DNA from: Cyanophora paradoxa CCMP329 | Taxonomy: Eukaryota > Plantae > Glaucophyta | DNA length: 31,958 nt | Assembly: GCA_004431415.1 (NCBI GenBank) | Contig: QPMI01000344.1 | Span: 1-31,958, forward strand | Direction: 5' to 3' | Shown here: positions 23,144 to 31,958 of the stretch, in pieces | How the letters are laid out: each line of letters opens with the position of its first letter | Position numbering within the stretch: position 1 is the first letter of the stretch | Made by a program: the position numbers and the translations under genes | The notes under the pieces: generated by a model | The model's input: only the letters and a program-made list of their open reading frames with translations | Told to the model about the DNA's origin: nothing | Database searches by the model: none

Positions 23144-23801
23144 GAAGGCTTCCCCTTCCACGCCCACCCCAATCCCTTCCGCCGCCCCGCCCACCTCCGC
23201 CCCGCGCCCCGCCGCCCCTCTCCCGGCCCCTCGCCCTCCAGCTCGCGCACCTTCCTTCGCGCCCGCGCCTCCCGCTCGCCTCCCGCCGCCCTCCGGCCGC
23301 CTCCAGCAGCGCCGCCGCCCGCCGCCGCCTGCGCGCGCCGCTGCGGCGTCAGCTCCGGCCCCCGGCGCCCCGGCGCGGCGCCCGCGCCCTCTTCCGCGCC
23401 GCGCACCGCGTTCGGGCCCGCGGGGAGCTCAGCAGCTGCGCCGGGCGCGCCGCCCGCAGCAGCGCCTAGGCCTGCTGCAGCGCTCCGCCGCCCGCGCCGG
23501 CCTGCACGCCGCCGGCCTCCCGGCCTCCGCGCCCCAGCGCCCGCCGCAGCGTCCTCGGCGCACGCCGCCGGCAGATCCAGCCGCCCGCGACGCCCGCCGA
23601 GCGCCCAGCGCGAGCCTGCTGCGAGGGGCGGCGTCAGCGAGGGCAGAGAGGCGGCCGCGGGCAGCTGCGAGGGGCGGGAGGGGCCCCGGGAGGGCAGGGC
23701 GCGGCCCCGCGGGCCCAGAGGGCGCGTCCCGGCGGCCAGAGGAGCTAGAGAAGAGGAGAGGAGAGGAGAGAGAGGCCGAGGGGGCAGCGAAGACGGCAAA
23801 A

Positions 23802-23919
23802 AGTGTACAGCACCCGATGTTCCCAGGTGGTCCCCACCCTAGTACTAGTCGGGCCTGACCGGGCTTAGCTTCCGTAATCGGACGGGAACGGGCGCTTTTC
23901 CGGTAGTATGGCCGTACAC
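23802..23919 (-). rRNA. 5S rRNA copy 32
   Basis: 118 nt. Confidence 0.96.
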
Positions 23920-24569
23920 GAAGGCTTCCCCTTCCACGCCCACCCAATCCCTTCCGCCGCCCCGCCCACCTCCGCCCCGCGCCCCGCCGCCCCTCTCCCG
24001 GCCCTCGCCCTCCAGCTCGCGCACCTTCCTTCGCGCCCGCGCCTCCCGCTCGCCTCCCGCCGCCCTCCGGCCGCCTCCAGCAGCGCCGCCGCCCGCCGCC
24101 GCCTGCGCGCGCCGCTGCGGCGTCAGCTCCGGCCCCCGGCGCCCCGGCGCGGCGCCCGCGCCCTCTTCCGCGCCGCGCACCGCGTTCGGGCCCGCGGGAG
24201 CTCAGCAGCTGCGCCGGGCGCGCCGCCCGCAGCAGCGCCTAGGCCTGCTGCAGCGCTCCGCCGCCCGCGCCGGCCTGCACGCCGCCGGCCTCCCGGCCTC
24301 CGCGCCCCAGCGCCCGCCGCAGCGTCCTCGGCGCACGCCGCCGGCAGATCCAGCCGCCCGCGACGCCCGCCGAGCGCCCAGCGCGAGCCTGCTGCGAGGG
24401 CGGCGTCAGCGAGGGCAGAGAGGCGGCCGCGGGCAGCTGCGAGGGCGGGAGGGGCCCGGGAGGGCAGGGCGCGGCCCGCGGGCCCAGAGGGCGCGTCCCG
24501 GCGGCCAGAGGAGCTAGAGAAGAGGAGAGGAGAGGAGAGAGAGCCGAGGGGGCAGCGAAGACGGCAAAA

Positions 24570-24687
24570 AGTGTACAGCACCCGATGTTCCCAGGTGGTC
24601 CCCACCCTAGTACTAGTCGGGCCTGACCGGGCTTAGCTTCCGTAATCGGACGGGAACGGGCGCTTTTCCGGTAGTATGGCCGTACAC
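24570..24687 (-). rRNA. 5S rRNA copy 33
   Basis: 118 nt. Confidence 0.96.
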
Positions 24688-25304
24688 GAAGGCTTCCCCT
24701 TCCACGCCCACCCAATCCCTTCCGCCGCCCCGCCCACCTCCGCCCGCGCCCCGCCGCCCTCTCCCGGCCCCTCGCCTCCAGCTCGCGCACCTTCCTTCGC
24801 GCCCGCGCCTCCCGCTCGCCTCCCGCCGCCCTCCGGCCGCCTCCAGCAGCGCCGCCGCCCGCGCCGCCTGCGCGCGCCGCTGCGGCGTCAGCTCCGGCCC
24901 CGGCGCCCCGGCGCGGCGCCCGCGCCCTCTTCCGCGCCGCGCACCGCGTTCGGGCCCGCGGGAGCTCAGCAGCTGCGCCGGCGCGCCGCCCGCAGCAGCG
25001 CCTAGGCCTGCTGCAGCGCTCCGCCGCCCGCGCCGGCCTGCACGCCGCCGGCCTCCCGGCTCCGCGCCCCGGCCCGCCGCAGCGTCTCGGCGCACGCCGC
25101 CGGCAGATCCAGCCGCCCGCGACGCCCGCCGAGCGCCCAGCGCGAGCCTGCTGCGAGGGCGGCGTCAGCGAGGGCAGAGAGGCGGCGCGGGCAGCTGCGA
25201 GGGCGGAGGGGCCCGGGAGGGCAGGGCGCGCCCCGCGGCCAGAGGGCGCGCCCGGCGGCCAGAGGAGCTAGAGAAAGAGGCCGAGGGGCAGCGAGGACGG
25301 CAAA

Positions 25305-25419
25305 AGTGTACAGCACCGATGTTCCCAGGTGGTCCCCACCCTAGTACTAGTCGGGCCTGACCGGCTTAGCTTCCGTAATCGGACGGGAACGGGCGCTTTT
25401 CCGTAGTATGGCCGTACAC
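25305..25419 (-). rRNA. 5S rRNA copy 34
   Basis: 115 nt, single-base deletions. Confidence 0.92.
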
Positions 25420-26030
25420 GAAGGCTTCCCTTCCACGCCACCCCAATCCTTCCGCCGCCCCGCCCACCTCCGCCCCGCGCCCCCGCCCCTCTCCGGCCCT
25501 CGCCCTCCAGCTCGCGCACCTTCCTTCGCGCCCGCGCCTCCCGCTCGCCTCCGCCGCCCTCCGGCCGCCTCCAGCAGCGCCGCCGCCCGCCCGCCTGCGC
25601 GCGCCGCTGCGGCGTCAGCTCCGGCCCCCGGCGCCCGGCGCGGCGCCCGCGCCTCCTCCGCGCCGCGCACCGCGTTCGGGCCCGCGCGGAGCTCAGCAGC
25701 TGCGCCGGGCGCGCCGCCCGCAGAGCGCCTAAGCCTGCTGCAGCGCTCCGCCGCCCGCGCCGGCCTGCACGCCGCGGCCTCCCGGCCTCCGCGCCCCGGT
25801 GCCCGCCGCAGCGTCCTCGGCGCACGCCGCCGGCAGATCCAGCGCCCGCGACGCCCGCGAGCGCCCAGCGCGAGCTGCTGCGAGGGGCGGCGTCAGCGAG
25901 GCAGAGAGGCGGCCGCGGGCAGCTGCGAGGGCGGGAGGGGCCCGGAGGGCAGGCGCGACCCGCGGGCCCAGAGGGCGCCCCGGCGGCAGAGGAGCTAGAG
26001 AAGAGCGAGGGGGCAGCGAGGACGGCAAAA

Positions 26031-26147
26031 AGTGTACAGCACCCGATGTTCCAGGTGGTCCCCCACCCTAGTACTAGTCGGCCTGACCGGGCTTAGCTTC
26101 CGTAATCGGACGGGAACGGGCGCTTTTCCGGTAGTATGGCCGTACAC
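26031..26147 (-). rRNA. 5S rRNA copy 35
   Basis: 117 nt. Confidence 0.93.
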
Positions 26148-26758
26148 GAAGGCTTCCCTTCCACGCCCACCCCAATCCCTTCCGCCGCCCGCCCACCTCC
26201 GCCCCGCGCCCCGCCGCCCTCTCCCGCCCCTCGCCCTCCAGCTCGCGCACCTTCCTTCGCGCCCGCGCCTCCGCTCGCCTCCCGCCGCCTCCGGCCGCCT
26301 CCAGCAGCGCGCCGCCCGCACCCGCTGCCGCGCCGCTGCGGCGTCAGCTCCGGCCCCCGGCGCCCGGCGCGGCGCCCGCGCCCTCCTCCGCGCCGCGCAC
26401 CGCGTTCGGGCCCGCGCGGACTCAGCAGCTGCGCCCGGGCGCGCCGCCCGCAGAAGCGCCTAAGGCCTGCTGCAGCGCTCCGCCGCCCGCGCCGGCCTGC
26501 ACGCCGCCGGCCTCCGGCCTCGCGCCCCGTGCCGCCGCAGCGTCCTCGGCGCACGCGCCGGCAGATCCAGCCGCCCGCGACGCCCGCCGAGCGCCCAGCG
26601 CGAGCGCTGCGAGGGCGGTCAGCGAGGGCAGAGAGCGCCGCGGGCAGCTGCGAGGGCGGGAGGGCCCGGAGGGCAGGCGCGACCCGCGGGCCCAGAGGGC
26701 GCGCCCCGGCGGCCAGAGGAGCTAGAGAAGAGGCCGAGGGGGGCAGCGAGACGGCAAA

Positions 26759-26871
26759 AGTGTACAGCACCCGATGTCCCAGGTGGTCCCCCACCTATAC
26801 TAGTCGGGCCTGACCGGCTTAGCTTCCGTAATCGACGGGAACGGGCGCTTTTCCGTAGTATGGCCGTACAC
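26759..26871 (-). rRNA. 5S rRNA copy 36
   Basis: 113 nt, single-base deletions. Confidence 0.9.
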
Positions 26872-27466
26872 GAAGGCTTCCCTTCCACGCCACCCAATCC
26901 CTTCGCCGCCCGCCCACCTCCGCCCCGCGCCCCGCGCCCTCTCCCGGCCCTCGCCTCCAGCTCGCGCACCTTCCTTCGCGCCGCGCTCCCGCTCGCTCCG
27001 CGCCTCCGGCCGCTCCAGCAGCGCCGCCGCCCGCACCGCCTGCGCGCGCCGCTGCGGCGTCAGCTCCGGCCCCCGCGCCCCGCGCGGCGCCCGCGCCTCC
27101 TCCGCGCCGCGCACCGCGTTCGGGCCCGCGGAGCTCAGCAGCTGCGCCGGGCGCCGCCCGCAGAAGCGCCTAAGGCCTGCTGCAGCGCTCCGCCGCCCGC
27201 GCCGGCCTGCACGCCGCCGGCTCCCGGCCTCCGCGCCCGTGCCCGCCGCAGCGTCCTCGGCGCACGCCGCGGCAGATCCAGCCGCCGCGACGCCGCCGAG
27301 CGCCCAGCGCGAGCCTGCTGCGAGGGCGGCGTCAGCGAGGCAGAGAGGCGGCCGCGGCAGCTGCGAGGCGGGAGGGGCCCGGAGGCAGGCGCGACCCGCG
27401 GCCCAGAGGCGCGCCCGCGGCCAGAGGAGCTAGAGAAGAGGCCGAGGGGGCAGCGAGGACGGCAAA

Positions 27467-27579
27467 AGTGTACAGCACCCGATGTTCCCAGGTGGTCCCC
27501 ACCTAGTACTAGTCGGCCTGACGGCTTAGCTTCCGTAATCGGACGGGAACGGGCGCTTTTCGGTAGTATGGCCGTACAC
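27467..27579 (-). rRNA. 5S rRNA copy 37
   Basis: 113 nt, single-base deletions. Confidence 0.9.
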
Positions 27580-28185
27580 GAAGGCTTCCCCTTCCACGCC
27601 ACCCAATCCCTTCCGCCGCCCGCCCACTCCGCCCGCGCCCCGCCGCCCCTCTCCCGCCCTCGCCCTCCAGCTCGCGCACCTTCCTTCGCGCCCGCGCTCC
27701 CGCTCGCCTCCCGCCGCCTCCGGCCGCCTCCAGCAGCGCCGCCGCCCGCACCGCCTGCGCGCGCCGCTGCGGCGTCAGCTCCGGCCCCGGCGCCCGGCGC
27801 GGCGCCCGCGCCCTCTCGCGCCGCGCACGCGTTCGGGCCCGCGCGGAGCTCAGCAGCTGCGCCCGGCGCGCCGCCCGCAGAAGCGCCTACAGGCCTGCTG
27901 CAGCGCTCCGCCGCCGCGCCGGCCTGCACGCCGCCGGCTCCCGGCCTCGCGCCCCGGTGCCGCCGCAGCGTCTCGGCGCACGCCGCCGGCAGATCCAGCG
28001 CCGCGACGCCCGCCGAGCGCCAGCGCGAGCCTGCTGCGAGGGCGGCGTCAGCGAGGGCAGAGAGGCGGCCGCGGGCAGCTGCGAGGGGCGGAGGGGCCGG
28101 GGGCAGGGCGCGACCCGCGGCCCAGAGGGCGCGCCCGGCGCCAGAGAGCTAGAGAAGAGGCGAGGGGGCAGCGAGGACGGCAAAA

Positions 28186-28301
28186 AGTGTACAGCACCCG
28201 ATGTTCCCAGGTGGTCCCCACCCTAGTACTAGTCGGGCCTGACCGGCTTAGCTTCCGTAATCGACGGGAACGGGCGCTTTTCCGGTAGTATGGCCGTACA
28301 C
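28186..28301 (-). rRNA. 5S rRNA copy 38
   Basis: 116 nt. Confidence 0.92.
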
Positions 28302-28920
28302 GAAGCTTCCCTTCCACGCCCACCCCAATCCCTTCCGCCGCCCCGCCCACCTCCGCCCCGCGCCCGCCGCCCTCTCCCGGCCCCTCGCCCTCCAGCTCGC
28401 GCACCTTCCTTCGCGCCCGCGCCTCCCGCTCGCTCCCGCCGCCCTCGGCCGCTCCAGCAGCGCCGCCGCCCGCACCCGCCTGCGCGCGCCGCTGCGGCGT
28501 CAGCTCCGGCCCCCGGCGCCCGGCGCGGCGCCGCGCCCTCCTCCGCGCCGCGCACCGCGTCGGGCCCGCGCGGAGCTCAGCAGCTGCGCCCGGGCGCCGC
28601 CCGCAGAAGCGCCTACAGGCCTGCTGCAGCGCTCCGCCGCCCGCGCCGGCCTGCACGCCGCCGGCCTCGGCCTCCGCGCCCCGGTGCCCGCCGCAGCGTC
28701 CTCGGCGCACGCCGCCGGCAGATCCACCGCCGCGACGCCCGCCGAGCGCCCAGCGCGAGCCTGCTGCGAGGGCGGCGTCAGCGAGGGCAGAGAGCGGCCG
28801 CGGGCAGCTGCGAGGGCGGGAGGGGCCCCGGAGGCAGGGCGCGACCCCGCGGGCCCAGAGGCGCGCCCGGCGGCCAGAGGAGCTAGAGAAGAGGCCGAGG
28901 GGGGCAGCGAGACGGCAAAA

Positions 28921-29033
28921 AGTGTACAGCACCGATTTCCCAGGTGGTCCCCCACCCTAGTACTAGTCGGCCTGACCGGCTTAGCTTCCGTAATCGGACG
29001 GAACGGGCGCTTTCCGGTAGTATGGCCGTACAC
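28921..29033 (-). rRNA. 5S rRNA copy 39
   Basis: 113 nt, single-base deletions. Confidence 0.9.
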
Positions 29034-29651
29034 GAAGGCTTCCCTTCCACGCCCACCCAATCCCTTCCGCCGCCCGCCCACCTCCGCCCCGCGCCCCGCC
29101 GCCTCTCCCGGCCCTCGCCCTCCAGCTCGCGCACCTTCCTTCGCGCCCGCGCCTCCGCTCGCCTCCCGCCGCCCTCCGGCCGCCTCCAGCAGCGCCGCCG
29201 CCCCGCACCCGCCTGCGCGCGCCGCTGCGGCGTCAGCTCCGGCCCCCGGCGCCCCGGCGCGGCGCCCGCGCCCTCCTCCGCGCGCGCACCGCGTTCGGGC
29301 CGCGCGGAGCTCAGCAGCTGCGCCCGGGCGCGCCGCCCGCAGAAGCGCTACGGCCTGCTGCAGCGCTCCGCCGCCCGCGCCGGCCTGCACGCCGCCGGCC
29401 TCCGGCCTCCGCGCCCCGGTGCCCGCCGCAGCGTCCTCGCGCACGCCGCCGCAGATCCAGCGCCCGCGACGCCGCCAGCGCCCAGCGCGAGCCTGCTGCG
29501 AGGGCGGCGTCAGCGAGGGCAGAGAGCGGCGCGGGCAGCTGCGAGGGGCGGAGGGGGCCCCGGAGGCAGGGCGCGACCCCGCGGGCCAGAGGCGCGCCCC
29601 GCGGCCAGAGGAGCTAGAGAAGAGGCGAGGGGGGCAGCGAGGACGGCAAAA

Positions 29652-29766
29652 AGTGTACAGCACCCGATGTTCCCAGGTGGTCCCCCACCTAGTACTAGTC
29701 GGGCCTGACCGGGCTTAGCTTCCGTAATCGGACGGGAACGGGCGTTTTCGTAGTATGGCCGTACAC
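29652..29766 (-). rRNA. 5S rRNA copy 40
   Basis: 115 nt, deletions. Confidence 0.91.
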
Positions 29767-30399
29767 GAAGCTTCCCCTTCCACGCCCACCCCAATCCCTT
29801 CCGCCGCCCCGCCCACCTCCGCCCCGCGCCCCGCCGCCCCTCTCCGGCCCCTCGCCCTCCAGCTCGCGCACCTTCCTTCGCGCCGCGCCTCCCGCTCGCC
29901 TCCCGCCGCCCTCGGCCGCCTCCAGCAGCGCCGCCGCCGCACCCGCCTGCGCGCGCCGCTGCGGCGTCAGCTCCGGCCCCCGGCGCCCCGGCGCGGCGCC
30001 CGCGCCCTCCTCCGCGCCGCGCCACCGCGTTCGGGCCGCGCGGAGCTCAGCAGCTGCGCGCGGGCGCGCCGCCCGCAGAAGCGCCTACAGGCCTGCTGCA
30101 GCGCTCCGCCGCCCGCGCCGGCCTGCACGCCGCCGGCCTCCGGCCTCCGCGCCCCGGTGCCCGCCGCAGCGTCCTCGGCGCACGCCGCCGCAGATCCAGC
30201 CGCCCGCGACGCCCGCCGAGCGCCCAGCGCGAGCCTGCTGCGAGGGGCGGCTCAGCGAGGGCAGAGAGGCGGCCGCGGGCAGCTGCGAGGGGCGGGAGGG
30301 GCCCCGGGAGGGCAGGGCGCGACCCGCGGGCCCAGAGGGCGCGCCCCGGCGGCCAGAGGAGCTAGAGAAGAGGCCGAGGGGGCAGCGAGGACGGCAAAA

Positions 30400-30516
30400 A
30401 GTGTACAGCACCCGATGTTCCCAGGTGGTCCCCACCCTAGTACTAGTCGGGCCTGACCGGGCTTAGCTTCCGTAATCGGACGGGAACGGGCGCTTTTCGG
30501 TAGTATGGCCGTACAC
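30400..30516 (-). rRNA. 5S rRNA copy 41
   Basis: 117 nt. Confidence 0.94.
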
Positions 30517-31156
30517 GAAGGCTTCCCCTTCCACGCCCACCCCAATCCCTTCCGCCGCCCCGCCCACCTCCGCCCCGCGCCCCGCCGCCCCTCTCCCGGC
30601 CCCTCGCCTCCAGCTCGCGCAACCTTCCTTCGCGCCCGCCGCCTCCCGCTCGCCTCCGCCGCCCTCCGGCCGCCTCCAGCAGCGCCGCCGCCCGCACCCG
30701 CCTGCGCGCGCCGCTGCGGCGTCAGCTCCGCCCCGGCGCCCCGGCGCGGCGCCCGCGCCCTCCTCCGCGCCGCGCACCGCGTTCGGGCCCGCGCGGAGCT
30801 CAGCAGCTGCGCCCGGGCGCGCCGCCCGCAGAAGCGCCTACAGGCCTGCTGCAGCGCTCCGCCGCCCGCGCCGGCCTGCACGCCGCCGGCCTCCCGGCCT
30901 CCGCGCCCCGGTGCCCGCCGCAGCGTCCTCGGCGCACGCCGCCGGCAGATCCAGCCGCCCGCGACGCCCGCCGAGCGCCCAGCGCGAGCCTGCTGCGAGG
31001 GGCGGTCAGCGAGGGCAGAGAGGCGGCCGCGGGCAGCTGCGAGGGGCGGGAGGGGCCCCGGGAGGGCAGGGCGCGAACCCCGCGGGCCCAGAGGGCGCGC
31101 CCCGGCGGCCAGAGGAGCTAGAGAAGAGGCCGAGGGGGGCAGCGAGGACGGCAAAA

Positions 31157-31275
31157 AGTGTACAGCACCCGATGTTCCCAGGTGGTCCCCCACCCTAGTA
31201 CTAGTCGGGCCTGACCGGGCTTAGCTTCCGTAATCGGACGGGAACGGGCGCTTTTCCGGTAGTATGGCCGTACAC
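31157..31275 (-). rRNA. 5S rRNA copy 42
   Basis: 119-nt consensus. Confidence 0.97.
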
Positions 31276-31909
31276 GAAGGCTTCCCCTTCCACGCCCCCC
31301 AATCCCTTCCGCCGCCCCGCCCACCTCCGCCCCGCGCCCCGCCGCCCCTCTCCCGGCCCCTCGCCCTCCAGCTCGCGCACCTTCCTTCGCGCCGCGCCTC
31401 CCTCTCCTCCGCCGCCCTCGCCGCCTCCAGCAGCGCCGCCGCCCACCCGCCTGCGCGCGCCGCTGCGGGTCAGCTCCGGCCCCCGGCGCCCCGGCGCGGC
31501 GCCCGCGCCCTCCTCCGCGCCGCGCACCGCGTTCGCGCCCGCGCGGAGCTCAGCAGCTGCGCCCGGCGCGCGCCGCCCGCAGAAGCGCCTATAGGCCTGC
31601 TGCAGCGCTCCGCCGCCCGCGCCGGCCTGCACGCCGCCGGCCTCCCGGCCTTCCGCGCCCCGGTGCCCGCCGCAGCGTCCTCGGCGCACGCCGCCGGCAG
31701 ATCCAGCCGCCCGCGACGCCCGCCAGCGCCCAGCGCGAGCCTGCTGCGAGGGGCGGCGTCAGCGAGGGCAGAGAGGCGGCCGCGGGCAGCTGCGAGGGGC
31801 GGGAGGGGGCCCCGGGAGGGCAGGGCGCGACCCCGCGGGCCCAGAGGGCGCGCCCCGGCGGCCAGAGGAGCTAGAGAAGAGGCCGAGGGGGGCAGCGAGG
31901 ACGGCAAAA

Positions 31910-31958
31910 AGTGTACAGCACCCGATTTCCCAGGTGGTCCCCCACCCTAGTACTAGTC
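31910..31958 (-). rRNA. 5S rRNA copy 43, 3' part only (truncated by window end)
   Basis: agtgtacagc...ctagtactagtc runs to the window edge. Confidence 0.9.

Larger units (their letters stand above)
1..31958 (-). repeat. 5S rDNA tandem array, 43 gene copies (42 complete + 1 partial), period about 710-780 bp; runs off both window edges
   Basis: The same 119-bp gene plus GC-rich spacer recurs head-to-tail with no interruption or inversion. Gene 3' ends fall at e.g. 9235, 9997, 10756, 11514, 12276 (period about 760) and 17591, 18369, 19143, 19921, 20700 (period about 777). Confidence 0.99.

Noticed and set aside
88-31950. All ORFs in the track, including the recurrent MAVHEGFPFHAHP... ORFs and the 430-aa ORF at 26860-28152
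   Set aside because: They are Pro/Arg/Ala/Gly low-complexity translations caused by stop-codon scarcity at extreme GC. Frames and lengths differ between otherwise identical units, the starts lie antisense inside the 5S gene, and no domain is recognisable.
333-31958. CRISPR-like repeat/spacer array
   Set aside because: The repeat is a 119-nt 5S gene and the spacers are about 640 bp and near-identical rather than unique. No cas genes are present.
333-31958. Bacterial or plastid rrn 5S, or a 5S-derived SINE3/Cassandra element
   Set aside because: The signature is eukaryotic (CCGAU loop C, box A/C, oligo-T end) and no 16S/23S is present. The genes are full-length, intact and terminated, with no LTR ends, target-site duplications or LINE-like tail.

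Overview
The whole window is a head-to-tail tandem array of eukaryotic cytoplasmic-type 5S rRNA genes on the minus strand: 42 complete copies plus one cut by the right edge. The consensus RNA is 119 nt: GUGUACGGCCAUACUACCGGAAAAGCGCCCGUUCCCGUCCGAUUACGGAAGCUAAGCCCGGUCAGGCCCGACUAGUACUAGGGUGGGGGACCACCUGGGAACAUCGGGUGCUGUACACU. Each copy has a Pol III type-1 internal promoter (box A/IE/box C) and an oligo-T terminator, usually T5. Copies are separated by an extremely GC-rich non-transcribed spacer of about 640-660 bp. Two spacer families occur: type A (unit about 757-762 bp) on both sides and a contiguous block of type B (unit about 772-779 bp, about 15.6-25.0 kb) with about 8 linked substitutions and a GAGAG-type insertion. 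No 18S/5.8S/28S, tRNA, snRNA or SL RNA is visible. All ORFs in the track look spurious. Many single-base deletions look like long-read consensus errors. From memory and unverified, the 5S sequence resembles that of the glaucophyte Cyanophora paradoxa. I found no convincing new protein-based system. The points of interest are array substructure, a probable box C/loop D mutant copy, and a TATA-less, G4-flanked unit design.
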